DNA from: Catajapyx aquilonaris
Taxonomy: Eukaryota
Assembly (NCBI GenBank): GCA_000934665.2
Contig: KZ538190.1
Span: forward strand, 1 to 64,000
Length of the DNA: 64,000 nt
Reading direction: 5' to 3'
Shown: one piece after another, positions 23,901 to 36,200 of the stretch
Numbering within the stretch: position 1 is the first letter of the stretch
Layout: each line of letters begins with the position of its first letter
Made by a program: the position numbers and the translations under genes
The notes under the pieces: model-generated
What the model was told of the DNA's origin: nothing
Database searches by the model: none
Seen by the model: the letters and a program-made list of their open reading frames with translations, nothing else

Positions 23901-25642
23901 ACCCCCCCTCTTTTTTTGTTTGTTTGTTTTTGTCGTGTCTCTCCCTCTCTACACCAGCTAACGAAACAGAAGAGCTCGACCCCCAAGTCCCTTGTGCAGG
24001 AGAAATACATTACACGAGTCATTAAGTCCAGCAAATACAAGACTAGTCTGGATCGGGCGCAATTACCTCCTGATTTGCGGCGAATTTCCTACGTCGGAGC
24101 TGCAATAGTTGCATCCCAAGAGATTATTGCGAGCAAATTATCCGTTGGCGTCACAAACCTACTTGACCGCAACGGAAGTTGCCAGAATTTGACTGCGCTC
24201 CAGCAGTTTCCCAGGTGCCAGCACTTCTCTCCACAATTACTGGAGGTATAGCCCATGCTGGAGCAAAGGGGGCCCTGGCTGGCTCCAAAACCCCTAAACA
24301 CGGTTCACATCGCCAACCCCCCCAAGCAAGCTCTTTTTATGGCTTTCTCTACTGTATGTCCGCACTCTGGGCCGCCCTATTACAGGTAATAGTGTTACGA
24401 AAACTTTTTCTTTTCAAATGCGCGGACTCAACTTGCTGATTGATATTCTATTTTTGGTCGATGAAAATCAAGTGCGCAGGTGTAATTGCGTTATTTCTTC
24501 GGGCTGCAACAGCGCTTTACGCGCACTTTGAAGTTTTGATAACTTTAAATCGAATCAGAATGAGTTACGCTTGAATCCGCCCACTTTGTATCTTCAGTTC
24601 TGAAAGAATTCCCTCGGCCATTTTTTTGTTGTTGTTACTTACATGGAGTGATAGTACGGAAAAGAGTTAATGAGCAATCCGCCTTATATGAGACAAGAAC
24701 TCTCGACAAAGTGGTCCTTTTGTCAGACACCGGAACAGCAACTCCCAACTCCCAATTCTCATCTATTTAATTGTTTGCCAGTCCCGGCTCCCAAACAACT
24801 TCTTCCGGCCCCCGCTTTTGTTTGAAGAATAAGCAACACTGCATCAATTAGTCAATAATAATAGTTACAAAAAAAATGTTGAAGTCACGCTCTAGCCTTT
24901 TCTTGGTTGAGAAGATCAAAGGAAAGGAAGGGCAAATAATTTCCCAAATGGAAGGGGCATTGAGTGAGGCCCCCCGGATGAAAAGTGCGGGACCAGCCGA
25001 GAGATGTGCAAAGATCAATTAAAGTTCAGAGGTACTTTTCAGGGCTTCGTGATGTATAAAGTTTCCGCTACCTGTCGACTCGGCTCTCCAGATCGCCACG
25101 GGATGGATTCCAGACCATTAGTCCTGCTAGTCCCACAAGCTATTGCTATAGATAGACCCTGGCCACTCTACGTCGGATGCTGGCTGAGAAAGTGTCGATT
25201 CACTTCAGACATTTGGCCACATTCCTCGAGCTTGTATCAGAAAGTGGGTCCAATACCCTACACTTTTCATATTCCCTATCGTGTGCGTACCGGCGGTGCA
25301 AATAAGGGGGTTTGCAGCGTTGGCAATATTAGTGGAGGCCCTGCGGAGGGGGGTGTTTGGCAAGTGCTGTATAGGCGCGGCCATCGACCCAAGGAGGTTG
25401 CATGGCTACAAGGACTCAAGAGGCGCAAAAAAGGGGAAGAAGGTAGGTAGGTAGTACAGCGTACCTGTAATTCTTCTGGAGGGGCGTCTCCCCGATGGCC
25501 ACGTTGTCCTTGTCGCGGTGGTTGGCTCTGGTCCAGTAGAAGGTAGGCTCCTTGGCAGCCAGCATGTTGTTGAAGCGGCACTCCAGCACTACCTCCTCAC
25601 CTTCTCGCACGTCCTTCATGTCGTCGGCCCAGCTGCCATAAC
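2873..25642 (-). CDS. ed: Echinoid-type Ig/FNIII cell adhesion receptor, 5'-partial spliced CDS: complement(join(2873..3039,3741..4315,6373..6538,6696..7119,8139..8650,9261..10397,13096..13345,13421..13625,25465..25642))
   Basis: Nine exons with GT-AG boundaries and matching phases (1,2,0,1,1,0,1,2,1). The joined frame is open for about 1204 codons and encodes 7 Ig domains, FNIII, TM and a tail ending GYSTPNSRNRRIIREIIV*. The EIIV C-terminus and domain layout match Drosophila Echinoid as I recall it. No database search was run. Confidence 0.93.
3173..3218. repeat. 46-bp spacerless palindrome
   Basis: atgacata-c-accctggtaaaatt|aattttaccagggt-a-tatgtcat, with one mismatched pair. Confidence 0.9.
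3741..4315 (-). CDS. ed: echinoid exon: cytoplasmic domain (PPPPYY...YSNSNNGGSVNSQDSLWQVK...DPYATVHK)
   Basis: Acceptor aaacag, donor G|gtaagt. 575 nt, in phase with both neighbours. Confidence 0.92.
4416..4958. mobile_element. MITE / non-autonomous Tc1-mariner-like element with about 196-bp terminal inverted repeats
   Basis: 4416-4611 is the reverse complement of 4763-4958 with about 10 mismatches. Ends read TA|CAGGGTGATT... and ...AATCACCCAG|TA, so TA flanks both ends. Confidence 0.9.
5937..5990. repeat. (TTG)n microsatellite
   Basis: About 18 perfect units. Confidence 0.95.
6373..6538 (-). CDS. ed: echinoid exon: transmembrane helix and basic juxtamembrane segment
   Basis: Encodes YLIAIIVAAVVIFIVVTVVLVICCCRKKPKTKK. 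Acceptor ccacag, donor GC|gtgagt. 166 nt. Confidence 0.93.
6696..7119 (-). CDS. ed: echinoid exon: end of FNIII-1 and divergent second FNIII-like region
   Basis: VKAANLKGVSKFS completes the FNIII. Acceptor ttacag, donor G|gtaagt. 424 nt, phase 0 to 1. Confidence 0.9.
8005..8082 (-). mobile_element. 5'-truncated non-LTR retroelement 3' end with TSD
   Basis: Flanked by the direct repeat aaacactgtca (7994-8004 and 8083-8093). The minus strand has a stem-loop gcagca-cagccat-tgctgc, then ATTAAA and an (AATC)3 tail. Confidence 0.7.
8139..8650 (-). CDS. ed: echinoid exon: Ig7 and most of FNIII-1
   Basis: Contains DYGDYTC, then GPPEAP...VTLQWDRGFDGG...VTGLEQQQTYIFK. Acceptor ttccag, donor AAG|gtgcgt. 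512 nt. Confidence 0.95.
9261..10397 (-). CDS. ed: echinoid exon: Ig3-Ig6
   Basis: 1137-nt open exon with four Ig repeats (DAGTYVC, HAGPYMC, SEGVYFC, DRGHYTC). Acceptor ttgcag, donor C|gtaagt. Confidence 0.95.
10419..10750. repeat. Degenerate tandem repeat, 4-5 units of about 60-100 bp
   Basis: Recurrent tgtggttgt..gcatt(g/c)ac...cacatgg near 10419, 10490 and 10580, with weaker copies near 10680 and 10741. Confidence 0.65.
13096..13345 (-). CDS. ed: echinoid exon: Ig2 (VTELTCTSSGGSPDPLVRWY...FRCVVWNRA...LNVN)
   Basis: Follows a 75-nt intron (13346-13420). Acceptor caacag, donor T|gtgagt. 250 nt. Confidence 0.93.
13421..13625 (-). CDS. ed: echinoid exon: second half of Ig1 and start of Ig2 (VEFRPREGRYDLYIVNASYERDNGLFECR...ATEGK)
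   Basis: Acceptor tttcag, donor AAG|gtgag. D-x-G-x-F-x-C Ig motif. 205 nt. Confidence 0.93.
20461..20590. repeat. Fold-back element with about 42-bp arms
   Basis: ctttttcatgacatagggaggacgtctatggggtatcaggt versus right-arm revcomp ctttttttatgacgtagggaggacattttcggggataccaggt. Confidence 0.75.
24055..24254. repeat. Degenerate 200-bp palindrome (old MITE-like)
   Basis: Three nested inverted blocks: tacctcc..ttgcgg / ccacaa..ggaggta, ggagctgca / tgcgctcc, and tccgttggcgtca / tgaccgcaacgga. Confidence 0.6.
25465..25642 (-). CDS. ed: echinoid exon: first half of Ig1 (GYGSWADDMKDVREGEEVVLECRF...FYWTR...DNVAIGETPLQKNYR)
   Basis: Acceptor ttattag with an upstream CTAAT branch-like motif, donor AG|gtacgc. 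Ig Cys and Trp present. 178 nt, phase 1 to 2. Confidence 0.9.
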
Positions 25643-28600
25643 CTAATAACCAAACAGGGTGCAATTAGCTACTTTGTAACAATCCATGCACTTTAGCCTA
25701 AATCCCATCCGGATCAGCCCTAGGCTCTCCCCCATGTTTATTTCGCCTTCCAGACTGCAAGGTAATACAGTAGAGGGCTTTAGAAGCTAGTGAAAGGTAA
25801 ATGCATTCGGCAACACCGTCTGCGAATACGGCTTCCAATCTGCGTCTCCTCGCGCCACTCGACGTATTTACACGCGTATAAAACTCCTCGTATGAGTCGC
25901 ATCCACTTTCACGGTAGCGGGCGCTACGTGCTTGGCACAACATTCATCGCCACTAAATCCAAAATTCAGAGTTATTTGCTGCGCTTCGTTCCCGCCGAGA
26001 GTGACGTCACGAACGCCACTTTCTTGCCCTTCCCACTCTGTCATTAGCAGCTTCTTTTGATTCCGATGGTCAATTCTTGGGGCCTGGAGGATCAATCCTA
26101 TCTGGAGGGGGGGCTACAGACACAAAAAATTGAAATAGCAAGAGGGGGAGCCATGGCTAGGGTTTGAAGAAAAGGAGGTGTGGGTCGAGAGGCAGCTGCT
26201 ACCAAGGTCGCTTTGCCCCTCGGTAATATGTTTTTCGGGGCTGGAGGTTTTGGAACGGGTATTTTCCGGGCGAAAGAGCAGGCACTGAGGGGACAAGACC
26301 CCGAAATAGGTAGGGCAGGTGGGCCAGGTAAAAGAAAAGAACACAGTCCCCCCCTGCAGCAGACAAGGAAGGGGCCTTTTCAATACCAGTTTCCTTTCAC
26401 TGCTGACGTTCCCAAACACGGTTTTTGCCCTTTGCTTCTCTCTACCTCTCTCTCTTTCCTTCTCTCTTTTATCCAGTCTCATATCTAACCCTTCGGTCCA
26501 CGCTAAGACCAACAAGTGGTCACGCACTCCTATTGGATTATTGATCCCTCGTCACACACGCAGCAGATAACCGTGTTCAGGACACTTCAACCTCAATTCC
26601 CCAGGCTACACCCCATTATCCGTTTCCTCTTTGGGAAATTTATGCCTTTTCTCTTTGTTTTTCCCAGAGTACTCGGAAACTTGTGTGGACATAATTAGAA
26701 TTACTTTTCACCAGCAGTAGAGCATCAACGTGTGTCATGTTGTTACGGAGATTAATTCTTGTTATTCTTCTTTTACAGGCATTTCATTGTTTTTTTGTCT
26801 TACAGAATATGTTTTCCTGACATAAGCAGCAGGCGCACTTTGAGAATAACATATGAGGGCAAAGTATGGGGGCAGCTGTGTGGTCTAAGAAGTAATGGGA
26901 ATGCATTAGTCTCATTAGAGTACACACGTAACATAGGTACCGTCCCTAATATATGCAAGTTCCACAAAGCAACACAAACTGTTCTACTGCAAAACCAGGG
27001 TATTACAATAATTATAACGTACTATACAGCTTGCAATAATATATTTCCAGCCAGGAATATTTTCCCTCCCTAGAGGCGACGACTATGCGGGTGGGCCATT
27101 CAGAACCAACTTTTTCCTCTCCAGAAAAATAACAAAGCCAGTAACAACCCACATTGCGACACACACTCTCTTTATAAGACCGCAATAGAGTAGTATACAC
27201 ATCAAAACTGAAGCCGTCAAAAAAAATTGGCGTTTTCAGCTCCGAAGAGGCAAACAATCACGAAGTTGCTTTTTTCCGGCTCTCTTGAGAGAAGTCTCAT
27301 GAGAGTTTTACCGAGTGTTATGGGGCTCAAGACGGAACACTTCACAACTCCCTCTCTAACAAGGCACGTCCTCTATAAGAATAACTTGTAGGCCACTTCA
27401 CCGCATGATTTGTGTGTGGAGGATATTTCCAAGCCGCGAAATGGATACGACCAACAGGATACCAAAGCATTTCCATAATCTCCATGAACTTCGGCCGCAA
27501 ACATTACTTCACCCGACAGCTTTTGAGTGGATATTCCTCTTCTTTTCCCCCTATAATTACAGACAAAAGCCCAGGCAAGGAATATCTCCTGGCATCGCGA
27601 GCCCAAATAAGGCGGGGTGATCACCCACCCACCCAACTCAAAGCCTCTAGGCATCAGCAAGTTTCTTAGAAGGACAGCCAGGATCCTTTTCCTTCCATCG
27701 CGTCCCAGGCAAGTCCGCCCGGTGCTGTATATAGTGCTGTAGAGCATAGAGCCCCCCCGTACTATCCTCCTGTGCTATCCCATCATCATCATCATCAAGT
27801 TGTGGAAGTGCTCGCTAGCTCAGGAAACTCGTCTCCGCCAAAAGTGCTCTTCTCGGCAAGAACTTTTGTTCCGGGAGAAGACACCTCACATTGATATCCA
27901 GGCCAAGGGAAGATAGATCTCGACTGTACACAGCTCTAGTGGCCCTTGTCTTTGGCCCCAGAGTTATCTTCTCCTACCTACCTACCCACCCACCCACCCA
28001 CCCACCCTTCTTTTTTCTTCTTTTTCTTCCAGACCGGTTGCCCAGCAGGCATTCCTCCCTAATGATACGTGTTCGGTAAAGAGAGTGAAGCCCTTCATCT
28101 ATGCTGCCACCCTCATTATCCATTCCCAACAACCAGCAGCTTCCATTGTGCCCCTCTCGATGCATTGTTTCCAGCTTTACACGGTTGGCACAAATCACGT
28201 TTTGAGTGCTCGGTTCTAAACTAGGTTTTGCCCTCCCCTCCACCACCCCTCTCCCTGATATACACGTGCCAAGCTAAATCAATCCAAGTGGAGTGGCCCA
28301 AAACAAATCTTAGAAAGTTGGGCTGATGCCCAAGGGAGCGGACAGAGACACGCGTGGCAACTTACCAAAAGACAGAAAAAAAGAGGTGGGGGGGGGGTGG
28401 CATCTATGGGGGGGAAGGGACAGGGGATGGTGGTTTGTGGGTGGGTGCTGTGGTAGGACCTGAAGAAGATAGTGTGTTAAATGATGAAAGCTGGAGCAGG
28501 GTCGCATCCAGGTGTGGAGCAGGCGAGAGGAGCAGCTGCTACTTGGGCCCTTTGCCTTGACCCCTGCTGAGAGAGCGGCAGGTGACCAGCATCTGCATCC

Positions 28601-31600
28601 CAAGCCAGGGGGGGTCATACAAAAAAAAAATTGACGTCACTTGATAGGGCGGGCCTGGGTTATATCTCCACTTGGAAGCATAAAAGTCATTTAAAAGTCG
28701 TTTAACCCCCAATTTCAGGTCTTTTCACGCTGGCGGCGACGCTTATTAATTATTCCATGCTAATTTCCTCGATAAGACGGCAAGATTTGATAGTGTTTCG
28801 AAAATTGGCTGCCGTCATTACTATGCTCACCCTGCTCGCTCATTGCGGCGTTAAATTCACCTCAGACTGTATCTATTTGAATAGGGTCGCACCCCCTGCT
28901 AAATATTAACTAACCGCGAGTTATATGCATGGCGTATGAAATAAGAAAATTGGACGCGGTTTAGCAATTTAAGTGCAGAGGAAGCCAAAACTCGAGCCTG
29001 CATCGCCACAATTGAATTTGCACGTCCCAGGACTTACGTCAAGTTTGGAAACGACTCGCTCCATTTTTCCTCAAACTCTTGGCGACAGTTACAGCTTCTT
29101 CTTCTTCTTCCCTTTTTTTTCATTCCCAGAGTACCTCTTGAATGTGGCACAGCCCTGTACGTGTGTAACTACAGATCCCACTATCAACTTTCGGGTGGAA
29201 ATTGAAACTTGTGCTGAAAGCTGGCACTCCCACCGGTAATGCTCTTCCCCGAGGCTCCCTGACAGCGCTATCCGAATTAGCACATTTCTGCATTGATAAA
29301 GAATACAGGGGGAGGGCGCCCCCCATATAAAAAAACCGGTGATTTTTTTGGAGGTCGGTTTAAGTCAAAAAGCGTGTCAATTTTAAATTACTTTTCTGCC
29401 AGTCGACATGACTTCAGCGATGACCCGTATTCATGAGGCTGAGCCTAGGAGGTATCATTTTGGCGTCACTTCCTGACACACAACATGCCCGACTCTCATT
29501 CCCTGTAAAAATTTCAGCGCAGATTGATTCTCTGCCCCCCCCCCCCCACCCAGTATCTCCCCCTATGAATGGTGCACTACTGTAGGCTCATTTCAGGCCC
29601 CACTGCTGCACTTTCAATATTTCAGCCCATGCTCATAGCTGCGGGCTGGATGTTCAGTACTCCCCCTTCCCACCCACACCAACCTCTCCCCATTCTTACT
29701 GCCTTTTGAGAATACACTACAATTTACCTCTGCCTAAGTTTAAAGTTCCCACGCGGCTCTGCTGCCACATTGAAAATTCCTCCGTCAATAATGAGGCACG
29801 CGTACTGTAATATATTCCTCGCAGCCATCTTCGTTTAAAAAAACCCGCATAAGCGCCCTCTACTTTTTCTTTTCTTTAGGACTTTTTTTTCTTTCTTTTT
29901 TTTTTTGGAATCCTCCGAGTAAGGGCAAGAACTTGTCTGACCCCGTCCGTCTTCAGGTGAAGGCTGGGTCGAGACATGCAACCATTGATTATGTGACAGC
30001 TACACTGAGTCTGGGGTTTTATCTTCCGGAGAGGTGGCATGTCAGGACAAGTGCTTGGCAGGATGACTTATTGAGGTACATTTTCCGGAAGCCTTTCAAG
30101 CCGTACCACTTAAAATAACCGGGGGGGTTGACTTTCACGATATCTGCCAAATTTCAGGCATCAGCGGAACTCCCCCTTTTTGGATATCATTTGGACGGCC
30201 ATTTTGGTTCCGGTATAGCTGGCCACATTTTTCATTTCCTGATGGCCAGAGCGTTAAAAAATCACGCCGTGCCAGAACAAGACCGGCGGAATGTAACATC
30301 CTCCATTATTTATACCTTCCTAAATGTTGCAGTCATGAAATTGGTGCATCAGGCGGGTATTTCATACATTCTTCATGAATTTACCTTCGTCCTTTATAAA
30401 ATAATTGCGTCGACCTGGGAATTTACAACGCAGTGTCTCGCTCTCCATTTCGAGAGACTCCCTCCCCTCCCCCTTCCAGCTCCCTAAATCATCCGACATA
30501 ATATTGCAACAAGAAGAGCATTTTACGGGATGAATTACTTAGGAAGGCGGCAGCCAAGCATACCAAAAGCGCATTTGCGACCAGGGCGTCAGAGCAAATG
30601 GGCAAGGTGAAACACATGACGCTAGCCGCAAGTAACCCTCAATTATTTTTTTTTGCCACCCCGAATGCTCCAGGCTGCCATCAGCAACACTGAATGATTG
30701 TTATTATGACAGGCCTAGCTCGGAGGGACGTGACCGGAGGCCCAGCCACCAGTCAAGCCCTCCATTTTTGCCCTTCAGCCGGAAGCCATGTTCGCAACCA
30801 GCCCCGTGGACAACATTCTCGACTCCCCTGACCCAGACGTGATTTTTATTCCTTCTTCGGGCCCGTTCGGGCCCCTCTTGGCCTCTTCCGACACCAGCAT
30901 CCAAACACAAAAAAAGGCACTGCAAAGTCCCCCTTTGTGCCAGCACCACCCCTCCTTTTCTAAGCACGAAAAGAGCTGATCAAGAGCGTGTTTGGAAACA
31001 TAGAGCGAAGGAGCTGAGCAAATACAGGTAGCAGCCATGGTAGGACCACACCCTTCCCGGTCAAGTGCCTCTTTTCTTATTTTCTTTTTTTTTTTGTCTG
31101 TCTGGATACGCCTTGCCAGCGCCACCTGGTGCCTGTTCTTCATATTAGTGTAATCCTGTCCATGGCCGTATACAAATGGACGGCTCAGGGACGGTAATTG
31201 ATATTTTATAGCCTCCTAGGAGAACCAAGTCGCGGGGGTCGATAAGAAAGTATGAATAAAAATTCCTGGCCTACATGAGGTCTAGATTCCTTGGTGATGG
31301 CGTGTGCAACGGACCCCCACCCAACCATCCCATCATCCCCCAGTCGCCAATAATAGAAGGTCACGCATGCAGTAGAGCTCTGGGGGTTGGTGTGGAGATG
31401 GGATGAGGCAGATTCTAGTCTAATGGATGCCATCTCGCATGATGCATGGACGTGCTCCCTCAGCCGGAGAATCCCATCTTCTCTTCTTCTTATTCCGGGA
31501 ATCCATTTGGAAGGAACTTGAAGGACCTGCAAACTTCCTTTTCCACTACGTGCCCTTTGTTTTAATTTGCCACGTTGGGCGCGGATGAAGGTAAAGTGGA

Positions 31601-33155
31601 AACAAAGAAATAAATCTTTCCTTAGCTGCGCAAACAAATGAGACAGAAAAGACGTTGCCACCGCTTCTTCCTTAACTTTACAACTAATGCATCTTGTTCC
31701 ACTTGCTTCATACAGCATCTTCCTTATCATGTCAGACCTGCCTTTTTTATTTTTAAAATGTTCGTTTTTTTGATGGCCAAATGCGTTCACGCATAATTTA
31801 GTCAGGGCCAGGCTGATGGCGGTTTTCAGGCTTCCTGTATATTTTTCAAATTCTGGGTCACCAAAGTTCAACTATTTTTGTGGTTCGATCAGTCACATAC
31901 TCCACAAAATAAAATAAAAAAATCCCCCATTGGCTCCATACATATACGATACTGCAGGAGGCCCAACAATCTGCGGGATTAGTTACCTGAGCTAGGCGTC
32001 AGAAAAAAAAATAATCCTAATTGCAAACGTCAGTTGCAGGCCCTCCCCCCTATTACCCCATAGCTTTGGCCCTACATTTACAAAGTTGATCTAGCCAGCA
32101 CAAATCGACAGCCGCATCCCCCTCCACTTCCCAAATATTACCTGGGCCTTATGAATACTTAGAGCAACACCCTGCATCATTCCTGACACCTGTTACTCTT
32201 CCGCTTTTGTTTCTGAGGTGAAATGAAATTGGCTCGTTCTCATACAAAGGGGTTTGGGCGCTCATTTTGAGTCAATTGATATGCAATGCCGCAGATGTTC
32301 CCTCATCCATGCTCTACGTTTTAGAAATCTATGCAAAGGTCTCCATCTCGACTTCTGCCTCAACGCCTGCACTGTATATTCCCTGGCTCATCTCGTATTC
32401 CCCATATTTTCTACCCCTAAGCTAGAATCCCCTACTCAATATCCCTCAACGCTCCACGTACGCTGTATATCAAGCTAGGGAGAGAAAGGATTGTTGGCGA
32501 GATGTTTCATTTGGCTCTTTCCGGTTGATGGGATATGTTGCGGGGATGAGTGTGGGGTCCGGCATGTGTTTCGGCCAATATTATTCGAGTGGTGACAGGT
32601 CCTCTCCCACATTCGCTGATTTTTTCAGGGGGAGGGGGAGGAGGAGGAGGACGCTTTTTTTTATCGAACACCCAAAAGTCCGCGTTTCTCTTTTCAAGTA
32701 GGTGAAACCAGGGTATCTGAGCTTTGTAACAGTTGGCCGCCGGGAGATATAATGCCGTTCCTCGTAATTCAGAGCCCGCCATTCGTTGGTGTCGGAAAAG
32801 GGGGGAGAAACTCAAATGAATAATGTGGATGCCTTACGACACTTTTCAAAACATCTGCTACCTCTCTATTTTCTGCCGAAAACTTTACCGATACCAGTTT
32901 TCAAGACACAGCCTGGCACATGACATCTTGAGGAAGTATACTATCACGTTCAGCTCTCGCTCTCTCTCTTTCCCTCTCTCGGGAAAAACTATACCTTGTG
33001 CCAAGCTTGCACTGGCATGTTTTTGTATGAAACAGCAGAACCATGTTTTGTTAGAAAACAGCTCTAATATTATGTTGCTGTTTTTAAAAAAGAACTACTA
33101 CATCCCCGAATGGATTTTGAAAATAACGCATAGACCGCATTGCAAGTAATGCGCC

Positions 33156-33205
<50 letters not shown>
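33156..33205. repeat. (ATA)n microsatellite
   Basis: About 16 perfect units. Confidence 0.95.
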
Positions 33206-33206
<1 letters not shown>

Positions 33207-36200
33207 GGTTGGAATAGCGGTAGTAATATACTCGGATGATGAGCCGGCTCTTTGATGCTGCTCCAGCCAGAGAACTCCAGGCCTATATCTATCGCTGCGG
33301 GCGCAATGGAGAGATCTTCTTTAATTAGACCTCTACGTTCGTGGCTGGGGCTGGGGGAGCCACATCTTCTTAATTTACCATTGACCCTAACTACAGAAGC
33401 CCGGGGAAAACCGGCATGCTCTTTTTTGAGCCAACTCGTCAAGCGCAATGGCATCAGGTGTCACAAAAATGTGACGGCCACGGTGCAATCTCTCTGCATT
33501 CATCTCGTCGTCTATCCTAGCATGCAGTGAACCCTGGAAGGCAAGAAAGGATCGCAGATTCGATGTAAAAAGTGCGGCGGCGTCCGATTTCGATATCCTC
33601 CAGCGGAGCGGTGTAAAGACTCATTGGAGTGTCTTCTCATTATCAGGGTACCAAACTGCTCCCTGCGGGTTTATCCAGAGACTTTGTCGGACACACATAC
33701 ATACACGCACAACCTCACACACACACGGGCTGGGCTGGGCTGCGGCGGTGGAATAATTCATCTCCATTAGTGGAGGGGGGGGGGGGGATAAGTTAGGTGT
33801 CATGTGTCCCGTTTGGGGAGTAGCGTGGTGGGCCAAGGAAGAAGGGTCTGGAAGGCGAATTGGAGGCGTCAGTAAAATGGGGGCAGCGCGCGCTAAGCCC
33901 ACCTATAGCCCTTGATCCGGTTTCGTCCCTTTTAGTGGCAGGAGAGATCGGATGGGCGGATAGGTGCGCGCCTTGCCCGCAACCAGGCTCCGGCGGATAG
34001 CAATGCTGCTGCAAGTCTGCTATGCCCGGCTGGAAATGAGAGTGGAAGTGGCCAGCTGCTGGATGGACGCCCCTACATTTTTTTGTTGTCGGATGCCACG
34101 AGCTGCTGCAGCTTCTCTTTTTCCCCCCCTCCGTTCTTTGTTCCTAGCTTGGAAAGCCCCAAGGCGCACCCAACCACTCCTTCTTTCTCCCATCCCATCA
34201 GACCCCACCCCACACCCCGCCAGCTAGCAAGTAACATGAGAAACGGGGGGTGCAGAGGGGCCTAATATTATTTCGTTCCCCCAGCTAGCAACTTCCGAAG
34301 GCTACCAGGGGCCTCTCTCGTGCCGCATACATGTAGGGCCACGTTCCCCCCATTCAAAATCCACCCGCACCCTTCGGCCGATTGACCCTGGCATAGCTTC
34401 ACTGCTTTCCAAATCATAGAACCTAAATTACAGAGATGGTACAATAGGAACATCATCAAAAAATGCGCTCGTGTGTCGTGCATTTTTTTTTTTTTGCATG
34501 AGGTGGCGTCAAAAAATTTGACCAACTTTCATAATCTTACATTATGAATGTTTTTATGGTAAAATCGAACCACGGCGTGTCTGCAAAGCCCAAGTAAGAA
34601 AGTTAGAGGTCTGAAGTGTTTCTCCGTCCCGAGAACTTTTGCTTCCCCATCGGAACCCAATGACAGTTACCGATTTCGCGGAGTAACTTTGGTTCCCACT
34701 TGCCGCAGGAAGAACAAGCAAAACGATTTCCTAGACACAAAAGAGGTGGGGATGCCGACTTGACATGACTCTAACGATTTTCATTGCGCCGCAACTTCTA
34801 CTCTTCTCAAAAATGCAGGGCTATGGACAAATTTTCTACAGTAGTTGACAGTTTCGACAGCTTCGAAGGCTACGTCGGAAATATTTTCCTCGAAAACCTG
34901 TCGCTTTTTCCCCCCTATTTTTAAATCCATACTTTTGCTCCGGTTATGTGAAAGCCAGCCGGCGCTAATCATCAAAATGAAATAGTGAGTTTACTCACGA
35001 CGCCATTTCTTTTTCTCTTTTTCTTGTTCCTCTTTTTTTCTTTCTTTACTTCTCCTTCCGTCTCCCAAGACGTGCCATTCGCCCCCGTTTTTATCTCGGG
35101 GTTTACGCTGAGCTCTCACACAAAGAAAGTCTGTTCTACACATGTCTGGATATTCCTGGAAGCTGGCATCTTTTCCGCCGCTCTCGAGCAGTCCGCCTAA
35201 AATTTTCCGGCAGGGACCGTTGAAGTTATACCTAAAAAAAAACAGCGTAAGATGCAGGCAGGCAGCTTTTGCCGTCTGTCCCTGCGCTCCACATGGCCCG
35301 ACGATAAGGTCTCCGAGCAACGACACACAAGTGGATCCACTTAGGGAAGGGTGTAATCGGATACACATTCTCCTGCACCCGTGTCTTCCGGGCAGGCAAT
35401 GCTGGTCGAGACAATTTCTCGTCCTCTGCATGTTTACACGCACATAAAAGAGCTCTTGACGCCGCTTTCTCTCGCTTTCACTTGGACCCCGGCATGGCTA
35501 TATGACTTGCACTTCTCTACCGGAATAAAGCGGCCCAACTGTCCTTTTTATTGACATCTCCGGCGTTTCAGTACCCGGAGTCTCTCCGTCTTGATGACGT
35601 CATGCAGGGCACTTTAACCGCTGCCCTGACGGATGTTCCATTCCGGTAGGGCCGGCCAAAGTCCTGCTCGGGGCCCGTGCGAATGTCGTCAAAGTTGGGC
35701 CTAGAGACGCGTTCCCCAATCAGCCATGTCGTAGGGATCCGTTTCCGATGGGCTGTTCGGCCGCATTACACAGGCATCCGGTTCACGTAAAGTATTTAAG
35801 AATGATAGGGGTTGGGTGGATAGCGATTACAAGTATAGTTAGCCGGAGTCTAAGTGTAATGCGGTAATAATGGGCCCTTGGAATGAGCCTTCCCGTGAGG
35901 CGGCCGGGAGCAAGAATGATGAGAGAGTGTTGATCCTCCAGGGCAGCTCTCTGGTGGTGGTCGCAGGTGATTATGAGGCAGCAGCAGCCTGCTACCGGGA
36001 GCTTGGCCATGGCCCACGAAGGACCCTTGGGGGCCTTCGTCCCTGGATCCAACGGCAGGCGCACATGCAACCCCTCTGCAATCATCTCAGTCGAGCTTGC
36101 CTGCCCACATATCCACCAATGAGCCCCACAGCACCCAACTCAACAATTACGGACTCGGGCCTCTCATGCACGTTTACCCCAAAACATCCCTACCTCTCTC

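Noticed and set aside
31206..31871. 221-aa ORF, the longest outside the exons
   Set aside because: Non-ATG start, no recognisable domain and random-looking composition.
33136..33205. Small hairpin cgcatt-gcaagt-aatgcg followed by (ATA)n, possible LINE tail
   Set aside because: No TSD or upstream element body identified. Kept only as a microsatellite.
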